From Amphiscolops sp. MND2022 (taxonomy: Eukaryota): a DNA stretch of 64,000 nt. The first letter of the stretch is position 1. Every line of letters starts with the position of its first letter. The stretch covers positions 80,476,001-80,540,000 of the forward strand of contig OZ076411.1 in assembly GCA_964187785.1 (NCBI GenBank), written 5' to 3'. Below the pieces are notes generated by a model. It was given only the letters and a program-made list of their open reading frames with translations, searched no databases and was not told where the DNA came from. The position numbers were made by a program, and so were the translations under genes. Of the stretch, positions 1 to 11,896 are shown piece by piece.

Positions 1-1085
1 CTACGAACAAAGGTAATGTAGCCGTGATTATGGATACAGAGCCGGAACAATCCCTTGAAGAATTTCCTGATGATGCTTCGCAGCCTTCCTACCGTGAGGA
101 AGAACCAAAATCGGAGGCAAGCAACAATCCCTACCTCCCAGGCAAAGACACTGGGGGGACACCAGACTGCGTACACGAATACGTGCAGGAGGAAGTTGTC
201 GGTATTATCAACAACTCGGTTCTTCAACTGACACTGATGAGGAATCATCGAATGTTCTCTTGTCAAGTGCGTAAACAGAAACTAACGAGGAACAAGAACT
301 GGCCACTCAGCCTGAGACCCTCGCCGTCCCACCAACTGAGGTGCCTCTGACCTCAACCAATATAACTGAAAACATCTTTTCAGAACACGAAATGATAGAA
401 GCAGCTCCTAACGAACAAGAAACTCAGAAACAAACCAGTGAAACTGGAACTTCATTGATAGGCACTTCAGACCCACTCTTAACTAATCCATCTCTAACAG
501 ATGTATTTAGCACTTTTCCGATATGGCCAGAATTGGATCAGCCAAAAACCCACAATCCACAAGCTACAATTCCGGTGGGTTCACGAAATCTAGCAACTAG
601 TTCCATAGGTGCCCCGGGCACGTATCTTCTGCCCAAAGAGAACGTCAACCCAGGGGACGACCCCCAGCAAGCACTACCACCGGTACGAACAAACCAGTGC
701 AAAGTCGTTACAGAGGTATGCGTAAAAGAGGACGTCCCAGAGGTCGTTCACCTAAGAGGGCTCCTATTCCTACCCAACGAGCTGCATCATCAACAATTGC
801 TTCCGAGGTCTCCGACCCTAGCGCTCATGTAACAACTGACCAATAGTCATCTGCCCCACTTATTACCCTACGATATGAGCTGCGTCGTGATTGGGCCCCA
901 CGTTATTGTTGTGGAACCTGCGCGTTGCGTGATTGTACTTGCAACCTTATGAGCAATAGGGATGACCCAATGAAACCCCGGGGAGTCCTGGCAATCAACG
1001 AAAACACGAAATCTGCTATGATGAATCGATTGGTTGTGCAAACAAGACCTACACGGGGGTCGAACGTTCGCAATCATTCTCCATA
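1..1085 (+). pseudogene. Acidic/Pro-rich post-integrase linker followed by a Cys-rich motif (RYELRRDWAPRYCCGTCALRDCTC), frameshifted
   Basis: Pieces in ORFs 24-350 and 341-832 plus a frame through ~870-1085. The Cys motif matches E2 ORF 25728-26009 (RYQLRAKRYKCGTCGSRNCSW). Confidence 0.65.
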
Positions 1086-1094
1086 GAACACATC

Positions 1095-2124
1095 ATGACG
1101 AAACTGAATGAGTCAGAAGTGACTAGAGCTCATTGTGCCAGATTTAAGGAGTGGACCCACGAGCACCACGGTCTTCAATCTACATTGCAATTCACCATCC
1201 CATCGGCACCCCCTAACATTGCATTTGGACCTTTCAATTACGAAAGAGAGCCGATCCAGATGGTATTACTGCTGACCTGCTTCATGACAAATATGTAATA
1301 ATAGCACGCACTGGTGATAATTACCAACCTGTACAACATTGGTGACTATTAATCACCGCCAATCGAGTATTAGACCTGGTACACCGCAACAGCTTGCCTA
1401 GCTGTCTTGAAAATCTCCGTACTACTGCAACATCAGATCTAATCCTTTGTTTCCACATAGTCGATTTGTATCGTGGAAAAATGAAATTCGAACTGATGGT
1501 CTCTATCCTCTCTCAATTTCCTCGCATTCGATTCTTGGACAAATGGACGCACACATTCTCTCCGCCAGTTCATATCCCATCAGCTTTGAGTGCCCTACAC
1601 ATATGGTCACCTGCAAACTTATATAATCGCTCCTTGCCATGATCGGTATTGCCGAAGATTTCAACACCATCAAAGGCCGTTCAAATCTGGCTCGAGCATT
1701 TTGGACCACGACCCTGGGCGGGAAGTTTTATATCCTCGTGTTCTTCACCCACAGTTGTTAGATTACATCAGTTATGATCAGACAAAATTCCTTCAAGCTC
1801 CACATCATATGGTTCTCTGTTGCCCTGCCAATCGCGAAACCAACTCGGCTGCCCTTCGATATATGCTTCGTGAATATGATTTTGATGCAATATTCAGTTT
1901 GCATCAAAGAGGTTGGAAACGTGTTGACACTACCAGCAACTAAAGTCATAGGAAAACATCAGATGATTCACTTATTAATCCCTAGATCGACTCCACGATG
2001 CCCCATGACAGCAGACATTCTCCTTTCTTGCCTCGAATATTTAAAAAGTACATTACTAAAGCATGATGTTTCAGAAGTTTACTTTTGTATAATCGACCCT
2101 GAACGTCCTCTGCGTACCCTTTAG
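1095..2124 (+). pseudogene. Tandem pair of macrodomain-like (TARG1/OARD1/Poa1p-type) domains, copy 1, disrupted
   Basis: YISYDQTKFLQAPHHMVLCCPANRETNSAALRYMLREY...HLLIPRSTPRCPMTADILLSCLEYLKSTLLKHDVSEVYFCIIDPERP aligns by eye with the TARG1 pattern (ITYVKGDLF..SLAHCIS..AGIA..FKKKF..IYYLITK..LQKSLEAMK..GVTDLSMP). Confidence 0.6.
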
Positions 2125-2373
2125 TTTTTACACGTGTCTCATGGATCTGTTTGCCGATACTGCGCTTTCCGCCGTGCTCCACAATCGTACGTACGTTTCA
2201 ATCGCTAGTATTCTGACATATCCTGACTCCCCTTGATAGACCTCCGCACTTTGTTTGCATTTTTGTTATGTATGCTATCGTAACCTTTCGTTCAGTTATC
2301 TAAAGGTTACCTTTGCACCTTCGGCTGCTTGATTCCCCCCTTCACGTTTTCAGACCAAACTGTATGCCCAAGC

Positions 2374-3464
2374 ATGAATCCTTCCGATGGTGATATTCCT
2401 ACCCGCACGCCTACTGAGTCACCTAACATGGGTCAGCGCAAATACGATACTACAAGCGTGCATCACATCTCTCAAAATGCTCTAGTCAGAGATCGCCTTA
2501 CCGCTGGTTTTTCTCCTGCCACAGTGACTGGACCTGCTGCAATAATTGCCCAAATGGAGTTTTAACTTCAAGCTCCTTTGTTATTGGTCACAAGAACATC
2601 TACTTTTCCTGGATTCAAAAAATATATGACTTATCAAATTGGTAACTGGTCCAGACACTTTTAGACCCACCATTTTCATGACGTTCGTGCGTCAGTTTCA
2701 TATACCTCAGCGAGTGGAGGCATGCAACAAAATCGTCCTCTCCAACTATTTGCTGCACCTACTCTACCTCACAAACACTACCGCCTGCACCTCCTCAAAC
2801 TAGAGAGCCCGCGGGCTCTCCTGCTTCTCCTTCACATATTCCAATTCCTACCGACATGTCCAGTCGTCCGATTACTGAACAAGCAATACTGTCTGCACTC
2901 CAAGCCATGGCAACCAATCCAGACTATTCTGATTTTATGCGTACAATGGAGCAACACTTGCCTTGCTTGAGAATGATTACATTACCGCACATCAGTATAA
3001 CGAATGTCCCTACACCTTCTCTGAACTCTATCTCTCATGCCAACACAGCCACCGATCAACCGGGCCATCCTCAATATGGTACCTCTAAACGTAGTCATTC
3101 ACCTCACATGCCTCGACTTTTTCTCAAAGAGGAGGATGGGGAACGCCGACCAGAATCCAGGAAACGCAATGAGCGCTTCCCAACTCGCCTTTTGATGCCA
3201 CCACCCCAGAACGTGAGAAACAGTCCGTCGAGTAACCCACCGCCTGACAAGAAAGGCTCGAACGAGAAAACGCCAAGCAGGTCAAGCAAGTCGAGCCAAT
3301 TGAAATCAGTGGTGTCGGAAGCATCCGTGCTTCCGCCACCTCCGCCATCACAACTTCCAGAACCCACTCCACCACCTCAATCATCTTCACGAGACAATTT
3401 ATTGCAACGGGCAACACCTCGCCCACAAACATCACATGCTCACAATCTCCCTCCGTCGGGTAAC
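2374..3464 (+). pseudogene. ORF X copy 1 (unknown conserved domain plus Pro/Ser-rich tail), with internal stops
   Basis: MNPSDGDIPTR...RDRLTAGFSPATVTGPAAIIAQME...; homologous to E2 23806-24119. In-frame TAG at 2662-2664. Confidence 0.65.
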
Positions 3465-3589
3465 AAACCCCGGGGAGTCCTGGCAATCAACGAAAACACG
3501 AAATCTGTTATGGTGAATCGAGTGGTTGTACGTGCGAAAAAGACCTACACGGGGGTCGAACGTTCGCAATCATTCTCCATAGAACACAT

Positions 3590-4603
3590 CATGACGAAAC
3601 TGAATGTGTCGGAAGTGACTAGAGCTCATTTTGCCAGATTTAGGGAGTGAACCCACGAGCACCACGGTCTTCAATCTACATTGCCATTCACCATCCCATC
3701 GGCACCCCCTAACATTGCATTTGGACCTTTCAATTACGAAAGAGAGCCGATCCAGATGGTACGTTGTATTACTGCTGACCTGCTTTATGACAAAAATGGA
3801 ATAGTACATCATTGGTGTCTATTAATCATCGCCAATCGAGTATCAGACCTGGTACACCGCAACAGCTTGCGTAGCTGTCTTGAAAACCTCCGTACTACTG
3901 CAACATCAGATCTAATCCTTTGTTTCCACATAGTCGATTTGTATCGTGGAAAAATGAAATTACAGTGGTGGTTCGAACTGATGGTCTCTATCTCTCAATT
4001 TCCGCGTATTCGATTCTTGGACGAATGGACGCACACATTCTCTCCGCCAGTTTCTATCCCATCAGATTTGAGTGCCCTACACATATGGTCACCTGCAAAC
4101 TTATATAATCGCTCCTTGCCATGATCGGTATTGCCGAAGATTTCAACACCATCAAAGGCCGTTCAAATCTGGCTCGAGCATATTGGACCACGACCCTGGG
4201 CGGGAAGTTTTATATCCTCGTGTTCTTCACCCACAGTTGGTAGATTACATCAGTTATGATCAGACAGATTTCCTTCAAGCTCCACATCATATCGTTCTCT
4301 GTTGCCCTGCCAATCGCGAAGCCAACTCGGCTGCCATTCGATATATGTTTCGTTAATATGATTTTGATGCAATATTCAGTTTACGACCAGAGGTTGAAAA
4401 CGTGTTGACACTACGAGCAACTAAAGTCATATGAAAACAACAGACGATTCACTTATTAATATCTAGATTGACTCCACGATGCAGACATTCTCCTTCCTTG
4501 CCTCGAATGTTTTAAAAATACATTACTAAAGCATGATGTTTCAGAAGTTCACTTTTCTATAATCGACCCCGAACAACCTCTGCGAACCCTTTACGGTTTT
4601 TAA
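3590..4603 (+). pseudogene. Tandem macrodomain-like pair, copy 2, disrupted
   Basis: ORFs 3681-4124 and 4072-4356 and downstream frames. TGG>TGA at 3648-3650. Confidence 0.6.
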
Positions 4604-4844
4604 TTGTGTCTCATGGATCTGCTTGCCGATACCGCGCTTTCCGCCATGCTCCACAATCGTACGTACGTTTCAATCGCTAGTATTATGACATATCATGACT
4701 CCCCTTGATAGACCTCCGCACTTTGATTGCATTTTCGTTATGTATGCTATCGTAACCTTTCGTTCATTTATCTAATGATTACCTTTGCAACGTCGGCTGC
4801 TCGATTCCCCCTTCACGTTTTCAGACCAAACTGTATGCCCAAGC

Positions 4845-5931
4845 ATGAATCCTTCCGATGGTGATAATCCTACCCGCACGCCTACTGAGTCACCTAACTT
4901 GGGTCAGCGCATATACGATACTACAAGCGTGCATCGCATCTCTCAAGCTGCTCAATTCAGAGATCGCCTTACCGCTGGTATTTCTCCTGCCACAGTGACT
5001 GGAACTGCAGCAATAATTGCCCAAATGGAGTCCCAACTTCAAGCTCCTTTGTTATTGGTCACAAAAACATCTGCTTTTCCTGGATTCCAAAGGTCCATGA
5101 CTTATCAAAATGGTGCCTGGTCCAGACACTTTTAGATCCACCATTTTCATGACGTTCGTGTGTCAATTTCATATACCTCAGCGAGTGGAGGCATGCAACA
5201 AAATCGTCCTCTCCAACTATTTGCTGCACCTACTCTACCTCAACAAACACAACCCCCTGCACCTCCTCAGGCTAGAGAGCCCGCGGGCTCTCCTGCTTCT
5301 CCTTCACATATTCCAATTCCTGCCGACATGTCCAGTCGTCCGATTACTGAACAAGCAATACTCTCTGCACTTCAAGCCATGGCAACCAATCCAGACTATT
5401 CTGATTTTATGCGTACAATGGTGCAACATTGGCCTGGCTTGAGAACGATTACATTACCGCACATCAGTATACCGAATCTGAACTCTATCCCTCATGCCAA
5501 CACAGCCAGCGATCAACCGGGTCATCCTCAAAAAGGTACCTCTGAACGTAGTCTATCACCCTCACGTGCCTCGACTTTTTCTCAAAGAGGAGGATGGGGA
5601 ACGCCGACCAGAATCCAGGAAACGCAATGAGCGCTCCCCAACTCGCCCTATGATGCCACCACCCCAGAACGTGAGAAACAGTCCGTCGAGTAACCCACCG
5701 CCTGACAAAAAAGCCTCGCACGAGAAAACGCCAAGCAAGTCAAGCAAGTCAAGCAAGTTAAGCCAATTGAAATCAGTGGTGTCGGAAGCATCCGCGCTTC
5801 CACCACCTCCACCATCACAACTTCCAGAACCCACTCCACCACCTTAATCATCTTCACGAGACAATTTATCGCAACAGGCAACACCCCGCCCACAAGCATC
5901 ACATGCTCACAATCTCCCTCCGTCGGGTAAC
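4845..5931 (+). pseudogene. ORF X copy 2
   Basis: ORFs 4785-5135, 5160-5630 and 5494-5847. TAG at 5133-5135. Confidence 0.65.
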
Positions 5932-6056
5932 AAACCCCGGGGAGTCCTGGCAATCAACGAAAACACGAAATCTGTTATGGTGAATCGAGTGGTTGTACGT
6001 GCGAAAAAGACCTACACGGGGGTCGAACGTTCGCAATCATTCTCCATAGAACACAT

Positions 6057-7069
6057 CATGACGAAACTGAATGTGTCGGAAGTGACTAGAGCTCATTTTG
6101 CCAGATTTAGGGAGTGAACCCACGAGCACCACGGTCTTCAATCTACATTGCCATTCACCATCCCATCGGCACCCCCTAACATTGCATTTGGACCTTTCAA
6201 TTACGAAAGAGAGCCGATCCAGATGGTACGTTGTATTACTGCTGACCTGCTTTATGACAAAAATGGAATAGTACATCATTGGTGTCTATTAATCATCGCC
6301 AATCGAGTATCAGACCTGGTACACCGCAACAGCTTGCGTAGCTGTCTTGAAAACCTCCGTACTACTGCAACATCAGATCTAATCCTTTGTTTCCACATAG
6401 TCGATTTGTATCGTGGAAAAATGAAATTCCCGTGGTGGTTCGAACTGATGGTCTCTATCTCTCAATTTCCGCGTATTCGATTCTTGGACGAATGGACGCA
6501 CACATTCTCTCCGCCAGTTTCTATCCCATCAGATTTGAGTGCCCTACACATATGGTCACCTGCAAACGTAGATAATCGCTCTCTGCCACGATCGGTATGG
6601 CAAGATTTCAACACCATCAAAGGCCGCTTCAAATCTGGCTCGAGCATATTGGACCACGACAATTGGCGGGAAATTATATATCCTGGTGTTCTTCACCCAT
6701 AGTTGGTAGATTACATCAGTTATGATCAGACAGATTTCCTTCAAGCTCCACATCATATCGTTCTCTGTTGCCCTGCCAATCGCGAAGCCAACTCGGCTGC
6801 CATTCGATATATGTTTCGTGAATATGATTTTGATGCAATATTCAGTTTACGACCAGAGGTTGAAAACGTGTTGACACTACGAGCAACTAAAGTCATATGA
6901 AAACAACAGACGATTCACTTATTAATATCTAGATTGACTCCACGATGCAGACATTCTCCTTCCTTGCCTCGAATGTTTTAAAAATACATTACTAAAGCAT
7001 GATGTTTCAGAAGTTCACTTTTCTATAATCGACCCCGAACAACCTCTGCGAACCCTTTACGGTTTTTAA
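6057..7069 (+). pseudogene. Tandem macrodomain-like pair, copy 3, disrupted
   Basis: ORFs 6148-6702 and 6703-6900. TGA at 6115-6117. Confidence 0.6.
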
Positions 7070-7310
7070 TTGTGTCTCATGTCTCTGTTTGCCGATACCG
7101 CGCTTTCCGCCATGCTCCACAATCGTACGTACGTTTCAATCGCTAGTATTATGACATATCATGACTCCCCTTGATAGACCTCCGCACTTTGATTGCATTT
7201 TCGTTATGTATGCTATCGTAACCTTTCGTTCATTTATCTAATGATTACCTTTGCAACGTCGGCTGCTCGATTCCCCCTTCACGTTTTCAGACCAAACTGT
7301 ATGCCCAAGC

Positions 7311-8399
7311 ATGAATCCTTCCGATGGTGATAATCCTACCCGCACGCCTACTGAGTCACCTAACTTGGGTCAGCGCATATACGATACTACAAGCGTGCAT
7401 CGCATCTCTCAAGCTGCTCAATTCAGAGATCGCCTTACCGCTGGTATTTCTCCTGCCACAGTGACTGGACCTGCAGCAATAATTGCCCAAATGGAGTCCC
7501 AACTTCAAGCTCCTTTGTTATTGGTCACAAAAACATCTGCTTTTCCTGGATTCCAAAGGTCCATGACTTATCAAAATGGTACCTGGTCCAGACACTTTTA
7601 GATCCACCATTTTCATGACGTTCGTGTGTCAATTTCATATACCTCAGCGAGTGGAGGCATGCAACAAAATCGTCCTCTCCAACTATTTGCTGCACCTACT
7701 CTACCTCAACAAACACAACCCCCTGCACCTCCTCAGGCTAGAGAGCCCGCGGGCTCTCCTGCTTCTCCTTCACATATTCCAATGCCTGCCGACATGTCCA
7801 GTCGTCCGATTACTGAACAAGCAATACTCTCTGCACTTCAAGCCATGGCAACCAATCCAGACTATTCTGATTTTATGCGTACAATGGTGCAACATTGGCC
7901 TGGCTTGAGAACGATTACATTACCGCACATCAGTATACCGAATCTGAACTCTATCCCTCATGCCAACACAGCCAGCGATCAACCGGGTCATCCTCAAAAA
8001 GGTACCTCTGAACGTAGTCTATCACCCTCACGTGCCTCGACTTTTTCTCAAAGAGGAGGATGGGGAACGCCGACCAGAATCCAGGAAACGCAATGAGCGC
8101 TCCCCAACTCGCCCTATGATGCCACCACCCCAGAACGTGAGAAACAGTCCGTCGAGTAACCCACCGCCTGACAAAAAAGCCTCGCACGAGAAAACGCCAA
8201 GCAAGTCAAGCAAGTCAAGCAAGTTAAGCCAATTGAAATCAGTGGTGTAGGAAGCATCCGCGCTTCCACCACCTCCACCATCACAACTTCCAGAACCCAC
8301 TCCACCACCTCAATCATCTTCACGAGACAATTTATCGCAACAGGCAACACCCCGCCCAAAAGCATCACATGCTCACAATCTCCCTCCGTCGGGTACCAA
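7311..8399 (+). pseudogene. ORF X copy 3
   Basis: ORFs 7251-7601, 7626-8096 and 7960-8250. TAG at 7599-7601. Confidence 0.65.
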
Positions 8400-11147
8400 G
8401 ATACGTCAGACCCACAGCGAACCGTGAATGTTATTATGCCCGAGTACCCGATGTGAAAGTCAAAAACAGTGGGCCTACCGGCACCCTGCTCAGAAAACAA
8501 GCAATACAAAATCCCGGTAGCGAAAAGACAATTACCAGACAGCCTACCTAACTGCACCCCATGCAAAAATCGTCTCGGATCACTGGTGATGAAAGATGCA
8601 AGGAGAACCTGGGAAGCGGCGGTAATTGTCTCGTCCGAATGGTTATATCAAAAGAACATGTGTCCCCCCAACGACGATGAACATACAAATATAGAGAAAA
8701 TGAACGTGTCGGTGTTCCTGAGAAGACCTCTACGAGCAGATTATTCTCAAGCTTCTGAGCCTGCGTGGCTCAGTAGGGCGATGAATATACTTCCCGGAAT
8801 TGAAGACAACTACCTAGAATCTCTGAATTATGATCTGAGAAACCAATTTGAAGAACGGTATACGCTACTGACGGGAGAGACGTTCGGGATTAATTGAAGA
8901 TACGCAAGAGACTTAGAAGCCCAACTAGCGATGCCCGAGCAAAGGTTGCAGCGTGCGTGCTACGCCTTGATAATAGATTCGACCTTCCTCAAAAACGTCC
9001 CCATCGACAACGTGCTTTCGGACGTGATGGTAATGATGATTCCACTTTACTCGGCACCGGGATGGTATTACTGATGTTTGACGCAGAAGGAGAACGAAGA
9101 CTCCCAGAGCCAACAACTGCCGAATGTGAGGCAATCAGACTGCACAACCGGACGGAGCGTGCGCGCTCCTCCGGTGAAAAGACATTCATAAAAACCGATC
9201 TAGCCGAAGCAACTGCTGAGATGGGAAAAGTATCAGAAGGCCGTGAAATAGAGCGAGCAATACCGAGGGTGAGATACACTACAGATATCTGCTTGACAAA
9301 GATGTCGCTTGGAACAAAGTATATCGCCGCTAAGCTCACATGCGAGACGTATGCTGAAATCCAGGCATGTGATACTACCTGCGATGGCTGGTATCAACGA
9401 TTGCGTGCGAGTAAGATTGCTGACGTGGCAAAGGAATTGGGTCTAACAACGGACCATGCCTTGTTTCTTTGCCTTGTGTCTTGGCCTCGGTTGGAGCCTT
9501 GACGTCATCCGTGTGTAATTTGGACTTGAAGAAAGTATGATCATAAACTTGATCAAAACGATTGGAGCTATGAGTATTAATGAAGTGCTGGCAATATTGT
9601 TGGCTTTTGGTCAGCAGAGATTCGTAGCCGGACCAATGATGATGTTAGCCGAATTGATAGGGAATGCAGCTAAGAACGTCTGTTCTCATATTTCGTGATG
9701 ACAAAAGGATACATGAAAGGACTTCTTGCGCTAGCCGAAATCCTAAAAAGAAGGATGCACAAGGGTATCCAGATTAACTAGAAGCGATGAAGCTGTCTCT
9801 GTGTCACTGGTTCTACTGCACTTTAGTGTATTCGTCTGGCGTTTTCGTGGGTATTGACTCAACTCAGCCCATCTAGGATGAAAAGCAACTACCCACTGAA
9901 GTGGCAGGATTCCTCACACCGAATCAACTAGCCGACTTTACCTTGTCAGAAGTCTAGGACCTGTTACAAGTGTTAGCACACGTGCTAACCCCCATTTACG
10001 GTGCAATAGAAATCCTCAGATATCCGGTGATTTGGCCTCTGAAACCTAGAGCACATCCATCCTAACATTTCTGTAGAACAAACGACTTCATGACTACCCG
10101 CAAATGCTGGAACGCAGGCTATTCATGTTAGTGCCCAGAACGTATACAACAACAAAGGCTGAAATCCAGGAAGATGAAAACCTGATGGGAATCCTATGAA
10201 CCAGAGCAAAAAGGCATGTGCCTTACCGGGTTAATATGGGCCTGTAAATTGGTATGGTTCGCCGCTCGATTCCTCAGGAATGCCTTTACGTTATAACTGT
10301 TGTTTGAGCAGCATTCGAACATACCTAAATGAGAGCTTGCGAGCTCTATGTGTTCATCTCAAGAGAGAATACGCTTTCGAAATGATTAAGATCCCAACAC
10401 GATATTGGCGAGCGGCAATCGGATTCTCCAGAGCTAAACTCATCAGTTGGGGCGAACGGGGTTTTATTGAGTAAGTTTGCTAACGTGACCAATACAAACT
10501 GGGTATCTGGATGTCACGCACACTGGAAAATAGAGGAGGGAGACTGAGACGGAAAGTGGTGTCATCTGAAGTTGCACCAGTATGGAACCCGGAGGCGAGG
10601 GTGACCATGGGAAATGAGATGCTATTGGAAAGGCGTTACAACGTAATGGAACTCTTACGTGAACCCCTGGGACTTGAATGAAGCATCCTGTCAAGTGATT
10701 GAACAGGAGAACAAGGAATACTGGTCTAGAGCCTGCGGGCTCTGTAACAGACCTGACCTATGACCCAATGTGAATGCCAAACGAAAGAGGGGCATAACTG
10801 CGCGCTCATTTCAAGCGAATCATCCCAATGCAGTTCAGGAGCAACTAGATGTGGCGAGTCCGGCGTCCACTGTCGAAAACAGCTCAAGTGAAGTCACTGG
10901 ACAGTCACAAGCAGCAAGTCAAGGGAAAGAAGCAAGTGGAGAACACTCCTCTGAGCCTCTCACCCCCACGTCCGTAGTAAACCTATTGGAAGATGATGGT
11001 CCCTACACACCGGAAGGCGCAACAACTCCGGAAACAGAGAAAACTGGGCAGGACGAGCAGACCCAGCGTGAAAGAAGGGCATCACTAGATGACGTGAGAG
11101 AAGGAAGCTGCCATCAAAGGGAGAGGCAAAACTCGGCAGCTCCATAA
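8400..11147 (+). pseudogene. Further accessory ORF remnants of E1 (ORF Y region), product unknown
   Basis: ORFs 8469-8897, 8894-9502 and 10770-11147. Weak by-eye similarity of KMNVSVFLRRPLRADYSQASEPAWLSR to E2 KATVVVLHIRPVKRPVITTNGCPLWFNR (22911-23348). Confidence 0.45.
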
Positions 11148-11896
11148 TAGTACATAACTCAGTAGCTCGATTGGTGCAGTCTATACTGTCAACGGGAACG
11201 AAGCCCGAGTGCTTCACTTTCCTTTGCGCCAAGTGAACTAATCAAACAATGCATTAGTACGACTATGAAATTTTGCAATTTGAGTTAATGTTTTGCTTAC
11301 AGCTCAGTGCTAATCGTTGGTGCTGAAGGAGCAATTTTAGTTGAATAGTTACGCTTAGATAGAATGCCTTATTTTAAAAAACAAAAAAAGAGGAAACCAA
11401 AAAGACAATAAAGAAACGAAGGAATCAATAAAAAATAGTAACTACGAATAAACTTTTTCCTTGAGTATAGGCGAAGACTAAAGAGTCTCACAAAAGATGT
11501 TTTAATAGGTCATGAACTGTTCTTAAGGCAGCAGCTCTCAAAAAATGTTTTCCGAGCCGAGCAGCGAGAAGCTTTTTGGCTTGCAAAAAAAATTTGATCA
11601 ATGTCTTGTGTCAGCAAAAGAAATTTTAACTAAACAACGGTCACAAAAAATTTTTTAAGCAATACCGAAATGAAATTTTACCTGCCTAGCTTGCTCACGA
11701 TAGGCAATATCAAATTGCAAAGTAAAGAGTTGTGTAAGGATGGATGTTCTTTCTGAAACATGTCCCACGTGGATTCTGGCACGATGACCTAAGCAATGAT
11801 TGACAGCAATCGATGATGATGTTGATCTGGTCTCAACCTTTGGGACTACTTGTTGCCCACTTGTCGGGGAGGTCAAGACATAATCCCGGGAAGTGA

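Larger units (their letters stand above)
973..8399 (+). repeat. Three head-to-tail copies of a ~2.47-kb internal retrotransposon segment (units ~973-3464, 3465-5931, 5932-8399)
   Basis: AAACCCCGGGGAGTCCTGGCAATCAACGAAAACACG recurs at 973, 3465 and 5932. Unit ends CTCCCTCCGTCGGGTA. The ORF track shows three near-identical sets of translations. Confidence 0.97.

Noticed and set aside
3104-3486. Minus-strand Gly-rich ORFs (also 5562-5953 and 8028-8566)
   Set aside because: Antisense shadows of the Pro/Ser-rich ORF X tail.
973-8399. Possible CRISPR-like or satellite array
   Set aside because: Units are ~2.47 kb of coding retrotransposon sequence, with no short repeat-spacer structure.
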